NCBI RefSeq assembly: GCF_009914755.1
Contig: NC_060938.1
Direction: 5' to 3' (one strand)
Source: the human T2T-CHM13v2.0 reference genome, Homo sapiens
DNA length: 64,000 nucleotides
Position numbers and translations under genes: made by a program. The notes under the pieces were generated by a model. It was not told the origin of the DNA. It was given only the letters and a program-made list of their open reading frames with translations, and ran no database searches. Positions 18,826-32,187 of this stretch are shown one piece after another. Position 1 is the first letter of the stretch. Each line of letters opens with the position of its first letter.

Positions 18826-20085
18826 TGATCTGCCCACCTCAGCCTCCCAAAGTGCTGGGATTACAGGCATGAGCCACCGTGCCTGGCCTATTACAAAAAA
18901 ATCTTTAAAAATTAGCTGGGTGCGGTGTTGCATGCCTGTGGTACCAGCTACTCAAGAGGCTGAAGCAGAAGGATCACTTGAGCCCAGAAGTTCAAGGTTG
19001 CAGTGAGCTATGACTGTGCCACTGTATTCCAGCCTGGGCAAAAAAGCAAGACCATGTCTCAAAGCAACAACCACAACGAAAAGAACTAGAAGTAATAATA
19101 ACCTGAAATCTATTAGAGAGGTAACTGAACTTTGGAATCAATATTTTACAAGATAAAGATATTCCAGGTTATGCAATTAAGGGTTAAAAAGCAGTTCACT
19201 GAATTCAAAGAACATTGCTTATTTTGAGTCTTTATGCTTTCAAAACCAGAAAAAAATTAAATAAAAATTTGGATTTGCTGTATTTAAATTATTAAAATGT
19301 CTTTTTCTTTTTTTGATACAAGGTCTCACTCTGTCGCCCGGGCTGGAATACAGTGGCAGGATCACAGCTCACCGCAGCCTTGACTTCCTGGGCCCTAAGA
19401 TCAGGTGATCCTCCCACCTCAGCCTCACAAGTAGCTGGGACTACAGACACCCACCACCACACCTTGACTAATTTTTTTATCTTTATTTTTTGTAACCGGT
19501 CTCAAACTCCTGGCCTCAAGCCATCCTCCCACCTCCACCTCCCAAAGCGCTGAGATTACAGGCATGAGCCACTGCGCCCAATCTAGACCCTAATAATGAA
19601 TAAAACATTAAAATTAATTTGCTATTCCTGTATCCTTTTTTTCTTTTTTTGGATGGAGTTTTTCTCTGTCACTCAGGCTGGAATGCAATGGCGTGATCTC
19701 GGCTCAGTGCAACCTCCGCCTCCCAGTTTCCAGCAAGTCTCCTGCCTCAGCCTCCTGAGTAGCTGGGATTACAGGTGTGCACCACCACATCCAGCTAATT
19801 TTTTTGTATTTTTAGTTAGAGATGGGGTTTCACCATGTTGTCCAGGCTTGTCTCAAACTCCTGATCTCAAGTGATCCACCCACCTCGGCTTCCCAAAGTG
19901 CTCAGATTACAGACATGAGCCACTGTGCCTGGCTGCTATTCCTATATTCTTAACTTTTTTGTATCCAAATATTATTATCATTTTAGTGTTTAAAAAGCTC
20001 CAGGTTAAACAGAATTGCATTCTTAATATTATACTTAGCTGGGCGTGGTGGCTCACGCCTGTAATCCCAGCACTTTGGGAGGCTA

Positions 20086-20363
<278 letters not shown>

Positions 20364-20675
20364 TTAGTATGCTGTTAGAACACAGTAAACTCTGGATTAT
20401 GATAAATTATTGATACTATTATTTCTACATTTGGCAGTTTTCCTACTTATACAGAAATAGAGATGGGAATATTAAAGAATAGCAAACTGCAGTAACAGGT
20501 AAATATATTTTTCATCTACAGAAGGTTGATAAAAGCTCAAAAAACAATCAAAATTAAACAAGAAGAGAAAAAAAGTGCTAAGCAGTACATTTAAAAAGAA
20601 AGGATCAAAGTAATGTTTGAGTAACCTTCATGACTTCAAAAAAGAAAAATCTAAGTAGTCTTTGATTTTTCTTAC

Positions 20676-20737
20676 CTCTGATCTCAAGATTGCATGAATG
20701 GCTTCAATTTCCTTTGTCCTAGAATCAGGTAATTCTG
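20676..20737 (-). CDS. TRIP11: TRIP11 coding exon 2, 62 nt
   Basis: Acceptor ttgtag|CAG, donor GAG|gtaag. Encodes (A)ELPDSRTKEIEAIHAILRSE in frame with exon 1 (cumulative 201 nt). Confidence 0.95.
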
Positions 20738-21110
20738 CTACAAGAGAAATAACAAATATTGAATATTTAATCAATACCATATGAAGTAATAAATAGGTAT
20801 TTTCAAGAAAATATATTTCACTGAGTTTACACAGAATAGTAGGCTGATATGAAAGCATTCAGAAGAAACAAATCGCTTTATTTCCATAACAACTTTTCAC
20901 TGACACTAATGTTCTTCATTGTCATAAAAGTCATTCTTTTTGCCTATGCCCTGTATCTTAGGATGTCTACCTTTACCCCTTAGAAATGTTCATTAAAATT
21001 TTGTTGTGGGAAATTAAGCTTTAGAAATTAAAACTATTTCTCTGTGGGCTAATGCTGCTATAATTTTAGATGAAGCTTACTCAACTGGGGCTTTAGGCCT
21101 TATTTCTAAC

Positions 21111-21987
21111 TGTAAGAATTAAAGAAAGAGGAGAGAAACACAAAGGGTGGCTTGCCAGTTAAGACAGGTTTATTTTAGAGAAAACAAACCTGAGAGGGGT
21201 GTTCGGCTGAGTTAGGTTAGAGGCACACTCTTTTCCAGACTAAGAGTTTTTAAGGATTTAGGGTGGGAGAATTTATTAGAGGCTTAGACTGCTTCTGTGT
21301 TTTTTTGTAGTGCTTATCTGGGAGGGAGAGTTGTGTATTTGTTCCATTTATTCTAGAGCTGCAGGCATACCCCCCGAGTCTGCTTTAGCTTCCCTATTTT
21401 AGTGCACCTGAAGGGAAAGGAATGTGCTTTCTAAGGCCCACTGCTTTACTGGGGCCCACTGTATGAGAGTGAAGTTTGGCAGTTACCCAAGAGACTTTAC
21501 CCCCACCTCCCTTTGTGCCCGAGCACTCCCTCTGTATGTGTTTTACTGTCTGCTTTTTCTGGCTGCTTGTAGTTAGAAGAGAAGTGACTTCCTTGAAATG
21601 CATGAGGCTAGAAAGGGAGCTGGAGGTCAGGTACGGTGGCTCACCGCCTGTAATCCCAGCACTTTGGGAGGCCAAGGTGGGCGGATCACGTGAGATCGGG
21701 AGTTTGAGACCAGCCTGGCCAACAGGTAAAACCTCGTCTCTACTAAAAATACAAAAATTAGCCGGGTGTGGTGGCACACGCCTGTAATCCCAGCTACTCA
21801 GGAGGCTGAGGCAGGAGAATTGCTTGAACCTGGGAGGTGGAGGTTGCAGTGAGCCGACACTGTGCTACTGCACTCCAGCCTGGGTTACAGAGTGAGACTC
21901 TTGTCTCCAAAAAAAAAAAAGGAAAGGGAGCTGGAACTTAAAGTGGCACTGTTTGTCTGAGATAACAACAGTGCTCCTGCTCTGTCA
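21111..21987 (-). mobile_element. ERV1 solo LTR (LTR19-like) in TRIP11 intron 1, interrupted by an Alu at 21625-21921
   Basis: Minus-strand TG...CA termini (TGACAGAGCAGGAGCAC...AATTCTTACA). Perfect 5-bp TSD ctaac at 21106-21110 and 21988-21992. AATAAA at 21169-21174 (minus). Internal Alu has TSD gaaagggagctgga at 21611-21624 and 21922-21935. Family name is from memory. Confidence 0.8.
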
Positions 21988-22283
21988 CTAACTTCTGCTC
22001 TCAATACTATCAAATAATAAGTGACCTATAAACGAAGAAAAATACACTGAGAACACTTATTTAAAGTAACATAGACACAATTTATTAAAAATGGGAATGA
22101 GCTCAGTCTGGTTTTCTACATTTTCATCTTTATTTTTTAATTTTCTTGGAAAGGGTCTCACTTCACTCTGCCACCTAGGCTGGAGTATAGTGGTGTGATC
22201 ATGGCTCACTGTAGCCTCAAACTCTCTCGCTTCAGCCTTCCAAGTAGTTGGAACTACAGGCACATGCGACCACACCTACCTAA

Positions 22284-22439
<156 letters not shown>

Positions 22440-22926
22440 TAAAAGTAGAGTGAGAGCCCAGCAGTGTCAACATGGCACCACTAATGCTGTTAGAAAATCA
22501 TCATCTGGCTGGTCTCGGTGGCTCATGCCTGTAATCCCAGCACTTTGGGAGGCCAAGGCAGGTGGATCACTTGAGGTCAGGAGTTCAAGACAACCCTGGC
22601 CAATATGGCAAAACTCCATCTCTACTAAAAATACAAAAAAAAAAAAAACTGGCCAGTCATGGTGGTAGGTGCCTATAATCTGTAATCCCACCTACTTAGG
22701 AGGCTGAGGCAGGAGAAATTGCTTGAACTGGGGAGGCAGAAGCTGCAGTGAGCCAAGATCGTGCCACTGCACTCCAGCCTGGGCGACAGAGCAAGACTCG
22801 GTCTCAAAAAAAAGAAAAGAAAAGAAAATCATCATCCAGAGTTAGATTTTTTTTCTAAGTACTAGTATTTTTTTCATTACTCACAGCTCTTTAATATAAA
22901 AATAACTTATCTGGACTACAGTTTAT

Positions 22927-23574
<648 letters not shown>

Positions 23575-24211
23575 TGAAACTATGAAAGGACTGTTTAATT
23601 GCTACTCTGAAGAGGACAAGGTATAATCTAATTTGTTTAGGAAGGTAATTGTTAAAAGCAGCAACTATTTTAAAGAGGGATTTTACAAGTCCATGCAAAC
23701 TCCACACCTCCCCCAACAAGAAAAACTTGGCCTTTTTAAGTACAAAGGGGAGATATTATGCAGACAAAAATATTCTGACTTTGTCAATAAGGGCAAATAT
23801 GACATTTACCATTCATTAATGTTTACGATTCGGTAGACACAATTCCAGGCATTTTACACTCATGATTTCATTTAATCCTCTCAACCTCACAATAGGTATG
23901 ATTATCCCTATTCAACATATAAGGAAACTGTGCTTTTGGAGGTTAATTTCTAATAATTTGCCAAAAATCCCACAACTTGTAATGCACAAAAGCAGAATTT
24001 CAACCCATGTCTCTCTGATTTAAAAGCCCAAGCTCCTAACCTTGAATAAATCAGTAGTGTTAGGTAAAACTGCAACCTTCTGATATTGTAAATATGGATG
24101 GCTTTCAAGTTGTCCACATAGTGCTATTTTGGAACTGTTTTATTTTTCATTACTGACACAGGGTAAACACTAATAAATACTTGTTCAATGAATAAAAGAA
24201 CTGTACTCTGA

Positions 24212-24346
<135 letters not shown>

Positions 24347-25090
24347 TGAGACTACAGGCACATGCAGCCATGCCCAGCTAAAAACTTTTTGTAGAGATGA
24401 GATCTCCCTATGTTGCCCAGGCTAGTCCTCAACTCCTGGCTTTAAGCTATCCTCCCACTTTAGCCTCCCAAAATGCTGAGATTACAGGTATGAACCACAC
24501 CTGGCCAGACGCCTATTTTTAAAAATTTACAAAATCAATAAATTAGGTGTTAAGCAAGTCCGATTGAAATACAAAGGGGAAAGAATAAAGGCATTAAGCA
24601 ACTTTGCAGATTTCTAATCACGCACTTGTGCCATTTTTATTGAGCATCTACTATGTGCCAAAAGGAAGGTGTCACATATTTGGTAATATAAGGAGCAAAA
24701 AAATTCAGTCCCCACGCTGGGCATCAGGAAAACAGATAAATTATAACTCAACATGTTAAATGCTGTCAGGGAGAGATCCACAAAGTTCTGTTAGAACACA
24801 GATCACCAACATTCAACTCAACAACTCAACCTGTGTGGGAGTCAGAATGGTTCACCAAGTACTTAAGTACCTGACATATGAGCAGGGTTGTACAGGAGAA
24901 TTGTTTTCTGGGTGAAGGAGGAAATAGAGAAGAAAGGGCTTTCCATGTAGAGGCTTGAAGTTGTGTAAGTGCCTGACAAAATCCCACACGACAGAAGCTG
25001 TGCGTACAAGCAAGCATATATATGTGCACATGTACAGCAACTGGTATGGCAACTAGAAAAGGTACATTGAAGGTCGGGTGCGGTGGCTCA

Positions 25091-25346
<256 letters not shown>

Positions 25347-26862
25347 TCAGTCCAAAACTAAGAGGTTTGGATTTTATTCTGTAACAGGGTCAAGAAATTT
25401 TTACGCAGGTTTGTTTTTAGAAAGTAACTGACAATACAATAGAAAATGGACTGGGGTAGGGAGAAATGGGTGACAGGACATGAAAGAGGAATAGTCCCTG
25501 GGAAAGATTATAGGGATCTAAAGAATAAGGAGTAATAAAGCAAAGGACAATTCTGGCATAGGATAAACAAGATATCATGACCAACTGGAAGTAGGAGATG
25601 AAAAAAGACATAAAACAAGGACACGAAGATTTACAGTTTAGGAAACTGAGAGTGAAGCTATTAAGAATGAGAAAACAGCACATTTGGCAGGAGAACAAAA
25701 TGAACACCACCTTAAACCTGGAAGACATCCAGGTTGAGGGATGCATATTCTCTGGCTTAGGGTCTAAGGAACAGCCAACCGTTTTCCCCTATCTAGGATA
25801 CAAGGAGCGACCAGTCATTTCCCATAGTTATCCAGCCCTTCTGTGCTTCTGACTGCCCTCAAGGTCCCATGCTTTCCCCCACACATAAAGAAGCCCTTTC
25901 ATTTCTATCCCCAAAGCTGTCTCACTGATGCACCTTTATGGCATGGGGAACGTAAAGCGGTAAAATGGATTTCGGTAGCTCCCCAGTCTATTCTTCCTTC
26001 CATCTAAATAGACCCCACAGAAATTCAAAACATAAGCATTATCTTTCTATCAAACAATCTTTCCCGATTTCTACCAAATAAATATGAAGGATCTGTTAAA
26101 TTAGCAATTAAAAAAAAAAACTAAGCCAGAATACTAATTTATTAAATTTATTTATAAGAAATACAATTGTCAAAGCAGCAGCTCTCACCCAAAAGAACAG
26201 CCCATTATCTCCCTGGAGCAGACTTAGATTGAAACTTAAAAACTGTTTTGATCCAAACATTGCTTACTAAAATGCCAAGAAATCAAAATAGTAATTAATG
26301 GATAGTAACTAATGTAGCCATTGATTACCATGTAACTCTGGGTCACTATTCATTAGTAAAACGAGATTGAGGACTTCAAAAATGAGTGAAGATTGCTAAG
26401 GGTACCTTAAGAATAGGGTTGTCTTCCCTATTCTACTGTCGAAATATGGGCGAAATGGGCGATTATACACAAAAATACATTGTCAGCTGGAACGCTATAA
26501 TGTATCATCACAATAAGGAAAAGTAAAAAATAATTAAATAGAAAAACATGGCCGTGTTTCATAACATACTCAAGACAGAAAAGAGCAAAACTCACCAAGT
26601 GTTTAAATTATGAGTTATTTCAACTGTTACAAAAATAGAAAACAGATATACAATTCTTTAAACTGGGTCAGAATACAGGAAGATGTTAAGAATGAGATCA
26701 GCCCCCAAACTGAGGGCAAAGTGGTGGGCGTGGATAAACCAAACGAAAATAAACTCGACTTAACGTAGGAGCAGTTTCACTCTACTGTACTTTGAGATAT
26801 CCAGAATATTTAAAGAGAGGAGAACCAGGACTCTTCCCCTGGCCCCCAGTGGTCTTTCATCA

Positions 26863-27940
<1,078 letters not shown>

Positions 27941-29048
27941 TGCTCCGTGACAGGCACTATGGTAGGAGCTGAGGCTACAAAGATAGAACGGATGGGTTGC
28001 AAAAAAAAAAAAAGGAAAAAGGAAAAAAGAAAGGATGGGTTGCAAATTCAGGTGTCCAAGCAGGAAACACACCTTCCTTCTATAGGAGAAATCTCCTCTG
28101 GTGGCTTTATAGCTCACAATTGAAACCCTACCTTCTTTAACATACGATGAGCTTTTTTCATGAAGCTGCCCTCACCCAAGTAGTTGAAAAACGGACAACC
28201 GTTTTTCAAAATGACTCGTTAGAAGACAGCAGGGCAACTTAATAGAGAAGTGCCGTTTAGTGTCAACGCTCCTATGGTATTGGCGGCACTAGCTATGCAA
28301 GTGCCCACACCTCCCTCAGTCCTTAGTTACCCACACTGGCTGTAACACACAGAGTCCTACCTTGCTTGCTTCCTTCCCTAAAGGAAGAAAGGTTGTCATG
28401 TGACTTTCAAGCAATTGGTGCAGGATACGTGGACACACAGCATCTAGCCAGGGAGACTTCCACATTTTTTGGTTTCAAAAGGATATGATAGATCTGCAGT
28501 TCTTTTAAGCATAGCAATAAGTATACTGGCATCTTTCACTTTGATTATATTCACAAGAGGGGCTATCACAGATTGCACAGTTTGTGAACAGAACATTGGG
28601 AATGCCTCCAGTATTTGGGATCTGATGGCACCAGGCAGTAGTAATTCTCCGTGAAAGCTGAATTTTTTTTTTTTTTAATTTTATTTTTTGAGATGGAGCC
28701 TCGCTCTGTGGCCCAGGCTGGAGTGCAATGGCGGGACCTAGGCTCACTGCAACCTCGTCTCCCGGGTTAAAGCGATTCTCCTGCCTCAGGCTCCCAAGTA
28801 GCTGGGACTACAGGCGCCCATTCTTCATTTTACTAATGAGAAACCAGTGCCCAGAAATGTTAAGTAACCCATCCAAGGTCATACAGCTAGTAAGTGACAG
28901 ACCCAGGCAGTCAGGCGTTGGAGTCTGCACATCTAACCGCTGGGCTGTGATGTTCACATGAATGCAGGGACAGCATTTAATAAACACTTCCAGAATGAGA
29001 TGTGAATTTTATTTTAAGCACATTCAGATATCCAGTGTGACTCCGGGA

Positions 29049-29091
<43 letters not shown>

Positions 29092-29093
29092 AG

Positions 29094-29251
29094 GGCCGGG
29101 TGCAGGGGCTTACGCCTGTAATCTCAGCACTTTGGAAGGCCGAGGCAGGTGGATCACCTGAGGTCAGGCGTTCAAGACCAGCCTGGCCAACATGGTGAAA
29201 CCCCATCTCTACTAAAAATACAAAAATTAGTGGGATGTGGTGGCAGGCACT
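29094..29251 (+). mobile_element. AluS 5' half, cut at the HERV-H LTR junction
   Basis: Left arm, linker and start of right arm, ending ...ggcaggcact|tgtca (LTR terminus). Preceded by a 39-nt A run at 29052-29090. Confidence 0.85.
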
Positions 29252-29618
29252 TGTCACGGGCATCCGTGTGAAGAGACCTCCAAACAGGCTTTGTGTGAGC
29301 AATAAAGCTGTTTATTTCACCTGGGTGCAGGTGGGCTGAGTCCCAAAAGAGAGTCAGCAAAGGGTGTTAGGGGTGGGGCAGTTTTATAGGATTTGGGTGG
29401 GTAGTGGAAAACTACAGTCAAAGGGGGTTCTCTGGCAGGCAGGGGCGGGGGGGTCACAAGGTGCTTGGTGGGGGAGCTTCTGAGCCAGGAGAAGGAATTT
29501 CACAGGGTAATGTCATCAGTTAAGGCAGGAATCAGCCATTTTCACTTCTTTTGTGATTCTTCAGTTCCTTCAGGCCATCTGGATGTATACATGCAGGCCT
29601 TGGCTCAGAGGCCAGACA
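29252..29618 (-). mobile_element. HERV-H 3' LTR (LTR7 family), complete, 367 bp
   Basis: Starts TGTCTGGCCTCTGAGCCAAG and ends GTGACA. TATAAAA at 29382-29388, a GC/GT box just downstream, AATAAA at 29311-29316 (all minus strand). Confidence 0.92.
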
Positions 29619-30130
29619 TTCCTGTCTTCTTATATTAATAAGAAAAATAAAACAAAATAGTGTTGAAGTGTTGGAGTGGTGAAAATTTTGGGGGGTAGTA
29701 TGGAGAGATAATGGGCGATGTTCCTCAGGGCTGCTTCGAGCGGTATTAGGGGTGGTGTGGGAACCTAGAGTGGGAGAGATTAAGCTGAAGGAAGATTTTG
29801 TGGTAAGGAGTGATACTGTGGGGTTGTTAGAAGGAGCATTTGTCATATAGAATGATTGGTGATGGCCTGGATATGGTTTTGGATGAACTGAGAAACCAAA
29901 CGGAAGACACAAGGTCCAAATAAGAGAAGGAGAAAAACAGGTATTAAAGGACTAAGAATTGGGAGGACCCAGGACATCCGATTAGAGAGTGCCCAAGGGG
30001 GTTCAGCATAATTACTTGCTTGGCTGGCAAGTTTTTGGACTCTGTCCTTGAGTTTTTTTATATTGTCATACACCAGGCCAGATTGATTTAGGTAAAAAGA
30101 ACACTCTTCATTTAAAAATATACAGAGCCC

Positions 30131-30410
30131 GGCCGGGCGCAGTGGCCCACGCCTATAATCCCAGCACTTTGGGAGGCCGAGGCAGGCGGATCATGAGGTC
30201 AGGAGATCGAGACCATCCTGGCTAACATGGTGAAACCCTGTCTGTACTAAAAAAATACAAAAAATTAGCCGGGCGTGGTGGCAGGCGCCTATAGTCCCAG
30301 CTACTTGGGAGGCTGAGGCAGGAGAATGGCATGAACCCAGGAGGTGGAGCTTGCAGTGAGCAGTGAGCCGAGATGCGCCACTGCCTGGGTGACAGAGCAA
30401 GACTCCGTCT

Positions 30411-30445
<35 letters not shown>
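30131..30445 (+). mobile_element. AluY-like element inserted in HERV-H env
   Basis: Full dimer with GAGATCGAGACCATCCTGGCTAAC and GGAGCTTGCAGTGAG diagnostics, long A tail, 5' TSD aaaaatatacagagccc at 30114-30130. Confidence 0.88.
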
Positions 30446-30491
<46 letters not shown>

Positions 30492-30499
30492 TACACACA
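30446..30499. repeat. (TA)n(CA)n compound microsatellite
   Basis: Seen directly after the Alu A tail. Confidence 0.95.
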
Positions 30500-32187
30500 G
30501 CGCCCTCCTTTTTCAGCAGTGAGTAAGTCAAGGCCTTGGCAGTTTTGGAGGACAACTGCAGCCAGAGAGTCAACTTGGGCCTGAAGTACTGATAAAGTTT
30601 AAGATATGTCTGTGATGCTAGTGGAGAAGTCATTAGAGAGGCTATGGAAGGTTGTGACAGAGGTTGAAATGCCTTCTATTCCAGTACCGAGAGCAATAGA
30701 GGAGGCAGAAAGTCCTAAACCGACAAGCAAGGGAATTAGTGGAATAACCCTTTTTTGTCATGTCGGTGTCATGAGAGGAACAGGAAGCTCTTTGGTCCCA
30801 TTTGCAAATTGAATTTTGGGATTAAGGAAAATGAGTGTGCATGTGCCTGTCCAGTTAGCAGGTAGACACATGTAGGTAGAGGATCCACAGAGGAAGAAGA
30901 GAGCTTGTGCCAGGCAAAACTGGAAATGCAAAGTAAAAAGATGAGAAGGAGTGCTGAAAGGGGTGTCTTGTACCCAGACTCCTAGGGATCCAGCTAGGGC
31001 GGCAGCCGTCAGAGGTTGTAATGGGGACTGATGGGGTAACTGTGTAGAGGGAGAGGTTCAATTTTCATGGTGTATGAGAAAACGTCGAGTGTCTATGAGC
31101 AACCTTTCACTGTTATTTACGGGGCTGGGTATAACAAGAAGGCCTGGGAGGAGGGTCTGACGAGCAAGGGGAAGGTAGCCAAGGATGGAGTGAAATACAG
31201 GGTGTCTTCCTAAGCAATAATTACTTCTAATGTTTTTAAGTTTGCCTGTATTGATAAAAGGCTTATCTGTAATACGGAGCTGGAAGGCTCCAGTTGTTTC
31301 AGTGATGTGTGTAGTTGGGCTTTGGAGATGAAGAGTGAATGAACATCAAGAAGGTGAAAGGTTACCCAGGGGAATTCCAGTGGGTCTTTGCTGAGAGATA
31401 CATAAAGGAGCAGCCACAGGAAAAGTAGTTTGTGTTGTGAGGGATCCAAATATGGGGGGAGTAGAGTTGATATAAGGAGAAAGGTTTTTTAAGCAAGTGT
31501 GGAGGAGGGCGGCAGCTTGCTGATGTGAAATGTCTGGGGAGGCCTTGCTGGACCTGTCTAGAAAGTAAAGAAGTTCTTCAGGAGGGTAAAGATGAGGGCT
31601 GTTAAAGGAAATTTGGAGGTGTAGGGAGACAGGAGATGTTGCCCAGTCTGTATATAAGGCGGGGGCAGCTGTGTAGGTGCAGGAAGAAAGGGAAATGCAA
31701 AGCCAGCAATTATTCGCTAAGGAGGGATTAGAAACGGCTAGGAGAGAGTAAGATTGATAGTGTGGTGGAGATAGCTGGGGAGAGGTAGAGGGTGGCATAA
31801 GAATGGGAATGAGAATAAGAGTGAGTATAAAAGTAAAGAATAGAACTTCATCAGAGTGAAAATATTGGAGGTTGCCCTGCCAGCAAATATCATCTATCCA
31901 CTCTAAGAGGGAGTTAAGAGTGGCGGTTTGGGGATAGCACCAGGAGATACCAGCTGTGATGGCTTAGAGAAACAGTGTAAACAGGCAATGTAAACAAGAT
32001 TAGGGCATTTATGAGTAGTTGAGAATAGTGAATGGGAGTATGAGTAAACAGAAGATAGTAGGGATGACAAGTTTTTGGGGTTCAGTCCAAGTAGGGGGGG
32101 TGACTGTGTAAAGCCCTGTTGCAAAAAGTAGGGTAAGGATGAATAGAGCTAATAGAATGAAGGGATGTATTAGGCTCATAAGGGTTA

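Larger units (their letters stand above)
29780..31893 (-). pseudogene. HERV-H env remnant, interrupted by an Alu
   Basis: Starts MIFAG at 31893. CWLC motif. Furin site R-Q-K-R mutated to stop-QKR (TGA at 30758-30760). Fusion peptide VIPLIPLLVG. Immunosuppressive domain [18 protein letters not shown] anchor in ORF 29843-30073. Confidence 0.9.

Noticed and set aside
29780-31893. A co-opted, syncytin-like functional env
   Set aside because: There is a stop at the furin site, frameshifts, an Alu in the TM domain and a premature stop in the tail.
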